Sequence record: PP355091.1
DNA: 64,000 nt
Strand: one strand, 5' to 3'
Source of the DNA: Escherichia phage 235Ecol030PP
A model generated the notes under the pieces. The model was not told the origin of the DNA. It made no database searches and was given only the letters and a program-made list of their open reading frames with translations. How positions within the stretch are numbered: position 1 is the stretch's first letter; each line of letters begins with the position of its first letter. Positions 18,892-27,735 of this stretch are shown one piece after another. The translations under genes and the position numbers were made by a program.

Positions 18892-19419
18892 TTATGCGAG
18901 TACCGTCTTTAACCGTTCTTCAAACTTCCGAAGAGTATTTTGGCGTTCAGCTCTTTGCTTTTTGTAAGTTTCAATACGCTCTGAAATGAGAGTGTATCGT
19001 TCATTTACTGATTCTTTCATAAAATCAGGAATTTCACGAGAAGCTTTAATCTCGTCAAATTTATCAATAACAGCTTGCTCTTCAGCAATTAAGTTATCAT
19101 ACATCAAAATATCTTTCTTGATGAACTCAATATCTTCTTGAGTTACACGAGATAATTTAGATGCTTTATCCTTTTTGTACTGTTCGTTAGTATCACGAGA
19201 CCAGTGTAATGTACGATTTTTATTCGTATTCTTGTAAATTTCTACAATACCAATCTCATCAATAATAACGATCCAATTCCAACGGGATTTGTAAATTTGT
19301 CCTCCATCAACCGTGATTTCACCTCCGATTGAGATGTCATTAAAGAACTTGCTTTGTGCTTCAGATTTAAATTTACCATCGTTGTAATTTACCAGGTTGA
19401 AAATATCTTTAGCGTTCAT
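18892..19419 (-). CDS. Hypothetical protein with C-terminal coiled coil (start at MNAKDIF)
   Basis: Track ORF 18892-19479 includes promoter; GGAGGAACACAAA precedes ATG at 19419. Confidence 0.5.
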   Translation of the reverse strand: MNAKDIFNLVNYNDGKFKSEAQSKFFNDISIGGEITVDGGQIYKSRWNWIVIIDEIGIVEIYKNTNKNRTLHWSRDTNEQYKKDKASKLSRVTQEDIEFIKKDILMYDNLIAEEQAVIDKFDEIKASREIPDFMKESVNERYTLISERIETYKKQRAERQNTLRKFEERLKTVLA

Positions 19420-19447
19420 TTTGTGTTCCTCCGTAGTTGATAGTTGT

Positions 19448-19477
19448 ATAGTACCACAGAGGAACGGTCTTGTAAAC
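19448..19477 (-). promoter_or_regulatory. T4-type early promoter
   Basis: -35 GTTTACA (19471-19477), 17-nt spacer, -10 TACTAT (19448-19453), followed by conserved ACAACTATCAACTA. Confidence 0.6.
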
Positions 19478-19479
19478 AA

Positions 19480-19794
19480 CTAAAAGAAACTTCTTTCACA
19501 ATTTTTTCCACTGAACCACGCACTCACTGCTTTCTTAGTCTCAGGAGCAGTGTTATCCATAAACCATTCAAAGGCAGCCTTTTTATGATTCTGGAGGGCT
19601 TCTCGGGCTTTAATCTGCTCACGGTCTATTAACACTAACATATGAGCCTTTCTTGTCACCAGGGGCTTCTTATGATTTTTTGAATACTCCCAATCATTTG
19701 TCCATCGCATCGTTGTTGCGAACTGAAATACTGCTTCTTTAATTTTAGTTTCGTAAATTTCACGAGCCTTTGAGTATAACATCATTACCTCCAT
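19480..19794 (-). CDS. Hypothetical protein
   Basis: 104-aa ORF. Confidence 0.45.
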   Translation of the reverse strand: MEVMMLYSKAREIYETKIKEAVFQFATTMRWTNDWEYSKNHKKPLVTRKAHMLVLIDREQIKAREALQNHKKAAFEWFMDNTAPETKKAVSAWFSGKNCERSFF

Positions 19795-19884
19795 TTACCA
19801 GTTTAATTCTAGTCATCTTTTTGATGGCAGTCCATATAATCTATTTCTGAACTGCCTTTTTGTCTTAGAAGGCCTCTTATGAAT

Positions 19885-20871
19885 TTATTTCAGAAGAGTA
19901 ACCTCAGCGATTTCTTGCCAACCGTTTTTGTCGGTCATAATAAAGTCAGCAAGATAAAGAGCAGTACGCAGTGAAACATTGCGTAAACGATTAACATTAA
20001 CTTTCATCCATGATAATGCTTTATAAGTTTCTTCATCAGAAAGACCGCGCTTTTGCATCATGTCGGTTGAAAGAATAACATCTTCAACCCTGACCATAAT
20101 TTCTTCATTAGTGTGAACACCCAAATCTAAATAAACTGAGCGGGACACTAATGCTTGTAAATGTGGAGCAAGTTTAGTACCACGGTCTAATTCGCGGTCA
20201 ATGTCAACGTTTGTGATAAAAACAATCGTTCCTTTAAATTCAAACTCACGCTCAATGCCTTTTTCTTCTAAGTAAGAAGATGCAGTGCTCCAGCAGACTT
20301 TACGGGTCTCTCCAGTGTCCAGAGCAGCTTTCAGAAGATTAAGAATGTCCATATCAGAGAAAACATCCACATCATCAATCAAAAGGACAGAATTCTCTTC
20401 ACGATTATTCCAAAGCTGTTCATAAAGACCGATACCAGAGATTTTACCATTAATGCTTTTATACTCAATGTATCCAATATCATTTGCTTTATTTAAAGCT
20501 TTATCTAAAGAATACGTTTTACCAATACCTGCTGCTCCCGAGATAATTAATGAACGAATGTTTCCGTTAATAATACCATTCGTCATCATTCCCATAACAT
20601 TAAATCTTTTATTAATGCGGGTTTTCATATCTTCATATGATTCTTTAACTTCTTCAACTTTTACACCATCATATGAAATGTCTGATTTGTAAACCCAAAC
20701 ACCGCGACGTTTACCGTCAATTTCAACAAAAACTTTACCATCTCCTTGTGCATCTACCGGAGCATTATCTGGGAACCATTCGCCTAAGAGCTCAAAAGTT
20801 CCAGAGATTTCTTTACCGAAGTAGATACCCTTATTGATAGTTACAGTTTTCATTTTATTCTCCAATTTCAC
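19885..20871 (-). CDS. P-loop ATPase (AAA-like), function unknown
   Basis: 328 aa; Walker A GAAGIGKT, Walker B LLIDDVD. Confidence 0.6.
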   Translation of the reverse strand: MKLENKMKTVTINKGIYFGKEISGTFELLGEWFPDNAPVDAQGDGKVFVEIDGKRRGVWVYKSDISYDGVKVEEVKESYEDMKTRINKRFNVMGMMTNGIINGNIRSLIISGAAGIGKTYSLDKALNKANDIGYIEYKSINGKISGIGLYEQLWNNREENSVLLIDDVDVFSDMDILNLLKAALDTGETRKVCWSTASSYLEEKGIEREFEFKGTIVFITNVDIDRELDRGTKLAPHLQALVSRSVYLDLGVHTNEEIMVRVEDVILSTDMMQKRGLSDEETYKALSWMKVNVNRLRNVSLRTALYLADFIMTDKNGWQEIAEVTLLK

Positions 20872-20889
20872 ATTTGTTTTGATAGGGTA

Positions 20890-20919
20890 ATAGTATCACA
20901 CTACTACCCTTCTGTAAAC
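20890..20919 (-). promoter_or_regulatory. T4-type early promoter
   Basis: -35 GTTTACA (20913-20919), 17-nt spacer, -10 TACTAT (20890-20895). Confidence 0.6.
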
Positions 20920-20922
20920 AAT

Positions 20923-21186
20923 TTATTTTAACATTCGCCAAATTTTTACTGCTTCGCGACGAGATACTTCTACAGCTCCAAGTTCTACAGCTTTTTGGCG
21001 TCGCCGAGCGTGTAAGTCATAATGTTTAATGCGTTTATCTTGAAACCAAGAACGTTTCATTCCTATTGCTTCTGCCATTTCATGAAGCTCTTCAATATCT
21101 CCATCAGTGAACATATGACAATTTTTAGTTGGATGACCGCGAAGTTTCCATCCATGATTCATTAAAACATCTACGTAAACTGTCAT
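20923..21186 (-). CDS. Hypothetical protein
   Basis: 87-aa ORF. Confidence 0.45.
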   Translation of the reverse strand: MTVYVDVLMNHGWKLRGHPTKNCHMFTDGDIEELHEMAEAIGMKRSWFQDKRIKHYDLHARRRQKAVELGAVEVSRREAVKIWRMLK

Positions 21187-21332
21187 TGATTCTTCTCCAA
21201 ATAAGTTTCGATAATTTTCTGGGCGAGATAAACCGCGTTATCTTCAGTTGCGTCTTCTAAGAAACTTTCAAAACACTCTGAAATTTCTTCTGTGTCAATC
21301 AATTTTTTTACTTCAATTGGTGTAATTTTCAT
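21183..21332 (-). CDS. Small acidic protein (49 aa; start at MKITPIEV)
   Basis: Track ORF 21183-21503 runs through promoter and terminator; first ATG downstream of promoter taken. Confidence 0.4.
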   Translation of the reverse strand: MKITPIEVKKLIDTEEISECFESFLEDATEDNAVYLAQKIIETYLEKNQ

Positions 21333-21369
21333 TTTGTTTTTCCGTTTAAGTGTTTGTTTTGATAGTTGT

Positions 21370-21399
21370 ATAGTACCATAAAGCTTTATGCTTGTAAAC
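21370..21399 (-). promoter_or_regulatory. T4-type early promoter
   Basis: -35 GTTTACA (21393-21399), 17-nt spacer, -10 TACTAT (21370-21375). Confidence 0.6.
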
Positions 21400-21423
21400 C
21401 ACTTTGTGAAAAAATTTTTGAAA

Positions 21424-21448
21424 TAAAAAAGGGAGCCCGAAGGCTCCC
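21424..21448 (-). terminator. Intrinsic terminator (GGGAGCC-UUCG-GGCUCCC plus U6)
   Basis: gggagcccgaaggctccc at 21431-21448 with plus-strand A-run 21425-21430 (U-run on minus RNA), directly after stop of ORF 21451-22464. Confidence 0.7.
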
Positions 21449-21450
21449 TA

Positions 21451-22464
21451 TCATTTATAATAACTTCGGTGGTTTTCAAGATAGACCTTCTCAAGGAAGT
21501 CATCCCAAAAACTCATGTCTACTGTTTTAGGCATACCGTTCTTAGAAGCTTCAGTAGATGCTGCTTCTACTTGATCGACCACATCTTCCAAAAACTCTTG
21601 AACTGTTTTAAATGGATGTTTACCCAACTTCACGTCGAGAATAAATGGAGCATCTTGAAGTGGATAGACTAAGTCACCAGTTTTGTAAATTTCCAATAGT
21701 TGGAGTCCACCACGGCAAGCATGACTCAGAGCTTTCCAGTCAATGCCTTCATTGGCTTCGGCCTTACGAGCACGTTCACCGTATTCAGCATCTAATTTGT
21801 TCAGTGACTGCTTAAGCTCAATAAGAGAAAGCGTTGTCTGATATTTACGACCCAACACAGTGTAGAACATTTGTGGGCCTGTTTTCTCATGATTATGGAA
21901 CACCCATTCACAGAACTCGTTTTCAGGGAGTCTGTGTTTGATATCTTCTACCTTAGTACGACGAAGTCTATCAGGGATTCCTTCTTGATAATCAACCCAC
22001 TGATCGGGGATTTGATTAACTACTTTCAATACATCACGCAATGCGGCCAAACGAGAGCCCTTAACACCATATTTAGAAGCTTGCTTGCGAACATATCCTA
22101 AATAGGATTTCATGTTAGTTGTATAAAACCGTGAACGATTGTCTTGAATAAACTTCCATACATCAGGCAAATCAGATTTAACTACCAGTTCAGGTGGAGT
22201 ATGGAGCATATCCAATGCCACAGTTTCACCATCTGCTGCTAATTTAAAGAAATATTTAAGACTGTATAGTTCATGGTCAATATCATCTTTAGTGTTTTTA
22301 GATGATGTGTTGTTAGTGTTTTTACTCATATGCTCTTTAACATTTCCGATAAGAATATCGCGAGCAGGAGGAACAAAGATTTCTTTAAAATCTACATCAG
22401 ATTCTGGAGTAGAAGTTCCATAAAGATGACTACCAAAATAACTTTTCATTACTGTTTTCATCAT
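21451..22464 (-). CDS. Putative nucleotidyltransferase-fold protein (Pol-beta superfamily-like), function unknown
   Basis: 337 aa; N-terminal GSHLYGTSTPESDVDF resembles minimal NTase G[SG]...D.D motif; assignment tentative. Confidence 0.45.
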   Translation of the reverse strand: MMKTVMKSYFGSHLYGTSTPESDVDFKEIFVPPARDILIGNVKEHMSKNTNNTSSKNTKDDIDHELYSLKYFFKLAADGETVALDMLHTPPELVVKSDLPDVWKFIQDNRSRFYTTNMKSYLGYVRKQASKYGVKGSRLAALRDVLKVVNQIPDQWVDYQEGIPDRLRRTKVEDIKHRLPENEFCEWVFHNHEKTGPQMFYTVLGRKYQTTLSLIELKQSLNKLDAEYGERARKAEANEGIDWKALSHACRGGLQLLEIYKTGDLVYPLQDAPFILDVKLGKHPFKTVQEFLEDVVDQVEAASTEASKNGMPKTVDMSFWDDFLEKVYLENHRSYYK

Positions 22465-22946
22465 TCAGCCTTATATTCAATAACAGGACATACTTTAGCT
22501 TTACGAGCTTTTAAAAATTCAACGATAATCGATTTCTTGGGTTGAATAGGCTCAAGTCCATTTTTGATTCGTTCTTCGTTTTGTACAATGAGCTCAATTT
22601 CTTTATTGAGCTTTCGGTCGTTATATTTGTCTAACAACCAGGAAGGACCAATTACCGCCCCAACAGCAATAAGAACCATAACCGATAATGCTAAAATGCC
22701 TATACCAATTGAAGCCGGAACTAATGTCCATAGACTACTAAAGACAAAGAATTTAATTAAAATTTCTTGGCCAATTATTGCGGCACCTGCTAAAGTTGCA
22801 AATCCAACAATTGAAACAGCTAATACCGGGAGAAACGTTTTCCAAAAATAAGCACATAACGTTTTTGGACGATTCCATGTGCTATTAAATGCCGAGTAAA
22901 TTTTATAGTGCCAAGAGTTTTCATTAATAATCATAATTATAATCAT
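22461..22946 (-). CDS. Membrane protein, hypothetical
   Basis: 161 aa; multiple hydrophobic segments. Confidence 0.5.
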   Translation of the reverse strand: MIIIMIINENSWHYKIYSAFNSTWNRPKTLCAYFWKTFLPVLAVSIVGFATLAGAAIIGQEILIKFFVFSSLWTLVPASIGIGILALSVMVLIAVGAVIGPSWLLDKYNDRKLNKEIELIVQNEERIKNGLEPIQPKKSIIVEFLKARKAKVCPVIEYKAE

Positions 22947-23464
22947 CCTTTCATTGAAGGTGTAACAGTTGTTAAATACTTAATCATAGCTTCAGCTTCT
23001 GATTTTGATAATGAAATTTCTCCATTGTTTTGACGAATAGAAATAAAATCCGGATGACGGTCACCACCAGCTTTTAAAACACACATATAAGTATCAGTTT
23101 CGCCTTCAATATTTGAAATGATTGAAGCAGTTCCACATGAATGCGGTTTTTGATAAATCAATACAGCTTTTCTTCCACCGTTTGACTGTTCATAGGCTTT
23201 TAATACATCAAGCAAATCAGTTCTTTTATCAATAGCTAAGATGTTATTTTCATCTTCAATATTAAATCCTTCGGATACTTCATAAAGAGTTACCCATAAA
23301 TCACCGATGTCAATAACAGCATTTACTTTTCCACGGCTTTCAAGAGTATGACAAATTTTCTTGATTTCATCATAACTCATTTTAATAATATCATCTCCTT
23401 GAATAAGGAAGATGTCATTTTTAAATTCAACGCGAATTAAACCACTTCCACTTGAAATAAACAT
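22943..23464 (-). CDS. Hypothetical protein, paralog of adjacent gene
   Basis: 173 aa; shares GFNIE...IRQ...A.A.K.YL..V.P.M with ORF 23471-24034. Confidence 0.5.
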   Translation of the reverse strand: MFISSGSGLIRVEFKNDIFLIQGDDIIKMSYDEIKKICHTLESRGKVNAVIDIGDLWVTLYEVSEGFNIEDENNILAIDKRTDLLDVLKAYEQSNGGRKAVLIYQKPHSCGTASIISNIEGETDTYMCVLKAGGDRHPDFISIRQNNGEISLSKSEAEAMIKYLTTVTPSMKG

Positions 23465-23470
23465 ATTTCC

Positions 23471-24034
23471 TCACTTTGAAATCATAGTTGGAATGACAGA
23501 ATCAAGATAAGTCTTTAGTGCAATAGCTTCGTCTTTGGTAAATGTGACAATATGTGCTCGAGAATCATCAATTTGACGAATAGTTAAGACATCTCCTTCT
23601 TCATAGCATTTTGATACATTTAAAACAGTTTCATCATTCTGATCGCACTGATCGCAAGCGTTAGTAATAATAGCATTGCAATTTTTAAGCCATTTTAAAC
23701 TGTGTTTTCTTTCATTAGAATAATAAAAATATTTAATGTAAGTTATAAAATTATCCCAATTATTAATTGATAAGCATATTGACTCGCTTTCAATGTTAAA
23801 TCCTGGGCATAAAGAATAGAAATGAATTTTATGCTCATCATTAATGCTTACAATTTTATCAGTGTAAGGTTTTTCAATTTGGGTTAAATGAATAATTTCG
23901 CTAGGCGTAAAATATAGCATATCGTCTTCTTGCGTCAAACGATACATATTATTTACTTTTTCTATAGCCAATTCACCAAAAAGTGAACTAACTTCTAATA
24001 CTAATCGTTTCATATTAATCCTTTTTATTGGCAC
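23471..24034 (-). CDS. Hypothetical protein, paralog of adjacent gene
   Basis: 187 aa; see paralog 22943-23464. Confidence 0.5.
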   Translation of the reverse strand: MPIKRINMKRLVLEVSSLFGELAIEKVNNMYRLTQEDDMLYFTPSEIIHLTQIEKPYTDKIVSINDEHKIHFYSLCPGFNIESESICLSINNWDNFITYIKYFYYSNERKHSLKWLKNCNAIITNACDQCDQNDETVLNVSKCYEEGDVLTIRQIDDSRAHIVTFTKDEAIALKTYLDSVIPTMISK

Positions 24035-24293
24035 GAATTTGTTCTAAAATTTTAGAATATTCCTTTGTATCAGATTTACGTACAATTGATACACTATAAG
24101 GCATACTATCGGTGTCTTTTATAAAGCGTTCCAAATGACACTCTAACAAAATTTCTGGATTATAAATCGTGTACATCAAATTACCTGTTGCTCCACGATA
24201 TTGGCAGATTTCTACTGATTGAACACCATTCCATAATTTTGTTAAAACTAAATCACCTACTTCTAATTTAGGAAAGCCCATGTTATTCACCAA
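24015..24293 (-). CDS. Hypothetical protein
   Basis: 92-aa ORF. Confidence 0.45.
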   Translation of the reverse strand: MVNNMGFPKLEVGDLVLTKLWNGVQSVEICQYRGATGNLMYTIYNPEILLECHLERFIKDTDSMPYSVSIVRKSDTKEYSKILEQIRANKKD

Positions 24294-24468
24294 TTAAAGT
24301 TTCAATATAAGAATCAAGATTTACTTTAGCTTCTTCCATAAGAGTTTTGTATTTAATCTTGTTAGCATGTCCGGAGAAAGCTGATTCATCAATAATTGTT
24401 GATGTATGAACAGCTTTACTATACGTCTCAATTAATTCTCTTAATTTAAAAGCCTGCTCACTTGTCAT
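24283..24468 (-). CDS. Small helical protein, hypothetical
   Basis: 61-aa ORF. Confidence 0.4.
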   Translation of the reverse strand: MTSEQAFKLRELIETYSKAVHTSTIIDESAFSGHANKIKYKTLMEEAKVNLDSYIETLIGE

Positions 24469-24600
24469 TACATACTCCTTTGAATAATATCAATAATGTT
24501 GTTCACCAGATTATAAGTAAACATTGGGTAATTATATTGAATCATCACATACACAACAAACAAAACTTTCATTCTCTTCTCCTTGGCAGTTGACAAGATT

Positions 24601-24630
24601 ACTATACCATAACCTTGCCAACTTGTAAAC
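24601..24630 (-). promoter_or_regulatory. T4-type early promoter
   Basis: -35 GTTTACA (24624-24630), 17-nt spacer, -10 TATAGT (24601-24606). Confidence 0.55.
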
Positions 24631-24795
24631 CGTTAAATGTTGTTTTCAATAAAATTTTGAAGCTTTGTGTGAGCATCAACCATGATTTTCATTTCTTCTT
24701 TTGCGAAAGCTGTACCTCTTTCCCGAGCAGAATACTCATAGTCAGAAACTGCATTAGCATATTCTTCAATTAGCTTCATTAAAAACATCTGCTTT

Positions 24796-24990
24796 TCAGT
24801 TTTCATTATTCCACCTAATCATTTCAAGATATTGAACTAACTTAGCTTTAGATTTATCCAAATCCTTTTTAGCTGCTTCTATACCGTCGTATGAATATCC
24901 TTCACAATGCTCAACTGCTAATTGATATGAATCTATTTCAATATCACGTGCTAATTTAATGATTTTTTCAAACTGTTCGCGTGTTAGCAT
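24796..24990 (-). CDS. Small helical protein, hypothetical
   Basis: 64-aa ORF. Confidence 0.4.
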   Translation of the reverse strand: MLTREQFEKIIKLARDIEIDSYQLAVEHCEGYSYDGIEAAKKDLDKSKAKLVQYLEMIRWNNEN

Positions 24991-24992
24991 AC

Positions 24993-25175
24993 TTAAACTC
25001 TCGTATTATGATCGATAATTTCATCAAGAAACATATCTAACGCTTCTACAGCATTATCAACTTTAGCTTCAAGTTCTTCAATACCTGATAAGGCAAAGTT
25101 AATGCGTTCCTCATCTGCTTTACGAATTAAAGATACCAATTCCTTAATTTTATCCGCTTGTTCGATACTAATCAT
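24993..25175 (-). CDS. Small helical protein, hypothetical (start at internal Met)
   Basis: Track ORF 24993-25211; start trimmed to avoid overlap. Confidence 0.4.
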   Translation of the reverse strand: MISIEQADKIKELVSLIRKADEERINFALSGIEELEAKVDNAVEALDMFLDEIIDHNTRV

Positions 25176-25360
25176 TATTCCACCACATATGAAAGAGAGA
25201 ATATTGCACACGCCATGTGAGTTGCAACTTCATCACACATATTATAACGTTTCTTAAGAAGTTCTACAAGTTCTTCACTAGTAACTTCATCCATGTCGAC
25301 GAAAAAATCACCATTAATGATGACGTAGATATTTCCTTCTTGATTGAGTGCTTCAATTTT
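25175..25360 (-). CDS. Small protein, hypothetical (start at [10 protein letters not shown])
   Basis: Track ORF 25175-25408 includes promoter; GAGGAGAACATC precedes ATG. Confidence 0.4.
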
Positions 25361-25391
25361 CATGATGTTCTCCTCTTTATCCGATAGTTGT

Positions 25392-25421
25392 ATAGTACCA
25401 CAGCTCAAACGGAAAGTAAAC
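25392..25421 (-). promoter_or_regulatory. T4-type early promoter
   Basis: -35 GTTTACT (25415-25421), 17-nt spacer, -10 TACTAT (25392-25397). Confidence 0.55.
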
Positions 25422-25430
25422 CGGTAAAAT

Positions 25431-25453
25431 GAAAAAAGTCTCCCGAAGGAGAC
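25431..25453 (-). terminator. Intrinsic terminator (GUCUCC-UUCG-GGAGAC plus U6)
   Basis: gtctcccgaaggagac at 25438-25453 with A-run 25432-25437 on plus strand. Confidence 0.65.
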
Positions 25454-25458
25454 TAATG

Positions 25459-25845
25459 TTATTCGAGGGAAAGAAGATACTTACTCTGGTAAAACATTCC
25501 AGTAATATCATCTATCGTGCTTTGGATGGCTGGAGGCATTTCTTTATAAATGCTGTTAGATTGGTCTAGTATGCGATCAATCATTTTAATTGTGTCGGTA
25601 GGAAGTTTACTGGCATCTGGAATTGAAGGTGTGTATTTTCTACCAGAATACCCCAAATATTGCTCACCAAATTTATCAATCAAATCTGGCAACTCGGAGA
25701 AAATAAAATCGTATGCTTTGTGTCTAGCATAACTTTTAGTTTCAAAATGTGCAGAATGAAAATAAGCTTGTGCAGCCATTAATAAACCTAAGTATTCATC
25801 TGCCTTTGAAGGTTTTCCACTTTGTGAAAAGTCACTGAATTTCAT
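25459..25845 (-). CDS. Hypothetical protein
   Basis: 128-aa ORF, 4-nt overlap with rI stop. Confidence 0.5.
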
Positions 25846-26135
25846 TCAGTCTCCAATTTAATGTTCATAATTCTAGCGTATGATTGTGCCATCTCCGCGC
25901 CTCGCTCTATACATTCAAAATCAGAAGAGCACGGGTCATTTTTATAGGTCGTTCTCATAAAACTATAGAATTGTTCAGACGATTCTACGCTTTTATTTTC
26001 AAAAAGCATATAAACATGCCTAATACCAGATTCCATAAATTTATCAAAATGAGGATCAACATTCGCTTCAATCGATGGAGATAAAACAAATGACAATCCT
26101 AGCATGGCAAATAGTGCCGTTGCTTTTAAGGCCAT
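25842..26135 (-). CDS. rI: Lysis inhibition regulator RI (periplasmic, signal-anchor)
   Basis: 97 aa; MALKATALFAMLGLSFVLSPSIEANVDPHF... matches recalled T4 RI; adjacent to tk. Confidence 0.85.
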   Translation of the reverse strand: MALKATALFAMLGLSFVLSPSIEANVDPHFDKFMESGIRHVYMLFENKSVESSEQFYSFMRTTYKNDPCSSDFECIERGAEMAQSYARIMNIKLETE

Positions 26136-26147
26136 AAAGGCCTCCTA

Positions 26148-26360
26148 TCATTTTTGTCCTGTATTTACTTTATGCCGATGCACGGCCTTAACTTTATCAA
26201 GGTATTTTTCAAAATTTCGCAATCTAGTATAGTCTGCCGGAGATTGGTTGAGTGATACTTCTCGACGCAAAGCTGAAATGATATTTCCAACTTCCCTACG
26301 AATTTCATCTAATTGAAGCACAGTAAGATTGCGAAGTTGCTTTTCAGTTAATTGTAGCAT
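26148..26360 (-). CDS. Hypothetical protein
   Basis: 70-aa ORF between rI and tk. Confidence 0.45.
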
Positions 26361-26402
26361 ATATACCCCTTTAGTTAGATAAACCTATTTATAACTTTTG
26401 CA

Positions 26403-26984
26403 CTAACCGAGCTTTTTAGTTAATTCATTCCAATGTTTTCTACACAAAGAAACATAAATTTCATCACCAATACAGATTTGATTACCTTCTTTAACTGGTG
26501 TTCCATCTTCCATTAATCGAGCTGTCATAATCGCTTTTTTACCGCAATGACAAACTGCCTTTAGTTCAATAAGTTTATCTGCAATCGCTAAAAGTTCTTT
26601 AGAACCTTCAAATAATTTTCCAGCGAAATCAGTCCTTAATCCATAAGCCATAACAGGAACATTATATGTATCAACAATTCGACTTAATTGATGCACTTGT
26701 TCAGTTTTTAAAAATTGGGCTTCATCTACAAATACACAATGAATATCTTTTTGTGCTTCAGCCCATTTATAGAACTCGAAAATATCCATATCATCTGTAA
26801 TAATATTCGCTTCCTGCTTAATTCCAATGCGAGAAACGACTTCACAGACAGAATCGCGAGTATCAATAGCAGGCTTAAGAACTAATACACTCATTCCACG
26901 TTCTTTATAATTATGTGCAGCAGTCAAAAGAGAAGCAGATTTTCCAGCATTCATTGCTGCATAAGTAAAAATTAAACTCGCCAT
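26403..26984 (-). CDS. tk: Thymidine kinase
   Basis: 193 aa; P-loop NAGKSASLL and C-terminal zinc motif CHCGKKA...CRKH typical of TK. Confidence 0.9.
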   Translation of the reverse strand: MASLIFTYAAMNAGKSASLLTAAHNYKERGMSVLVLKPAIDTRDSVCEVVSRIGIKQEANIITDDMDIFEFYKWAEAQKDIHCVFVDEAQFLKTEQVHQLSRIVDTYNVPVMAYGLRTDFAGKLFEGSKELLAIADKLIELKAVCHCGKKAIMTARLMEDGTPVKEGNQICIGDEIYVSLCRKHWNELTKKLG

Positions 26985-26985
26985 T

Positions 26986-27174
26986 TTAGTCCTTAGTTAA
27001 ATTTTCTAAATATGTTTCTAAATCATTTTCAGCTTTATCGATAGATTTTACTAATTCGTAATATGTTTCGGCATCTCCATATTCAGAAGATATTTCAAAA
27101 GACAAATCCTTTTCTAAACTAATAATTTCACCAACTAAAAATAATATTTCGTTCTTTTGTTCGCGAGTAATCAT
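26986..27174 (-). CDS. Small acidic helical protein, hypothetical
   Basis: 62 aa; similar to neighbour 27171-27356. Confidence 0.4.
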   Translation of the reverse strand: MITREQKNEILFLVGEIISLEKDLSFEISSEYGDAETYYELVKSIDKAENDLETYLENLTKD

Positions 27175-27356
27175 AAGGAATTTATATAATCAATGAGTTC
27201 TTGTTCTTTATTATCAAATTCTTTGGAAAGTTCTTCATATTCATTTGCGCTAAAAGGACCGCATTCATTACAAACTTTTTCCAATTCACTATTTTTATCC
27301 ATAATTTCGTGGATAAGAGAAAAGAGTTTGTCTTTTTGTTCTTTGCTTAGGCTCAT
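27171..27356 (-). CDS. Small acidic helical protein, hypothetical
   Basis: 61 aa; shares EQK..L..L..EI pattern with neighbour. Confidence 0.4.
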   Translation of the reverse strand: MSLSKEQKDKLFSLIHEIMDKNSELEKVCNECGPFSANEYEELSKEFDNKEQELIDYINSL

Positions 27357-27361
27357 ATATT

Positions 27362-27526
27362 AATTTCCAGAAGTTTTAAAATAATTCGCTTTTGCTTAAA
27401 TATTTCCACAGTTAAATGATCAGTATCTTTTTGACCAATTCCAATGGCAAAACCTTTATTAACAGCGAGTTCAATTAAATTATCAAGTTCACGTAACACT
27501 TCATATTGTAACTCAGAACTATTCAT
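27362..27526 (-). CDS. Small ORF (54 aa), hypothetical
   Basis: MNSSELQYEVLRELDNLIELAVNKGFAIGIGQ...; ATG overlaps stop of upstream gene (ATGA); not in track. Confidence 0.3.
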
Positions 27527-27735
27527 TTTGGTTTACCTTCTTTAACGAAATCAGGATAAGGATAAAATCCTGAATAAAATCCTTCACCTTTATGATTGAT
27601 GCATCCTTTATTAGAACAATAGCACCAATAATCGAAATCACAAGCCATTTCATCGTTGCATAAAGCAAAAACAACCGGCCACTTACACTTTTCACAGTGG
27701 GCATTTTTAAGAATACTAGTTTGGCTCATAACCAT
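27523..27735 (-). CDS. Cys-rich small protein (possible metal-binding), hypothetical
   Basis: 70 aa with 9 Cys (CEKCKW...CDFDYWCYCSNKGC). Confidence 0.45.
   Translation of the reverse strand: MVMSQTSILKNAHCEKCKWPVVFALCNDEMACDFDYWCYCSNKGCINHKGEGFYSGFYPYPDFVKEGKPK

Noticed and set aside
24591-24596. Plus-strand TTGACA hexamer suggesting a host sigma-70 promoter
   Set aside because: Isolated hexamer with no suitable -10 at 17 nt and no plus-strand gene downstream; coincidental overlap with the minus-strand early promoter
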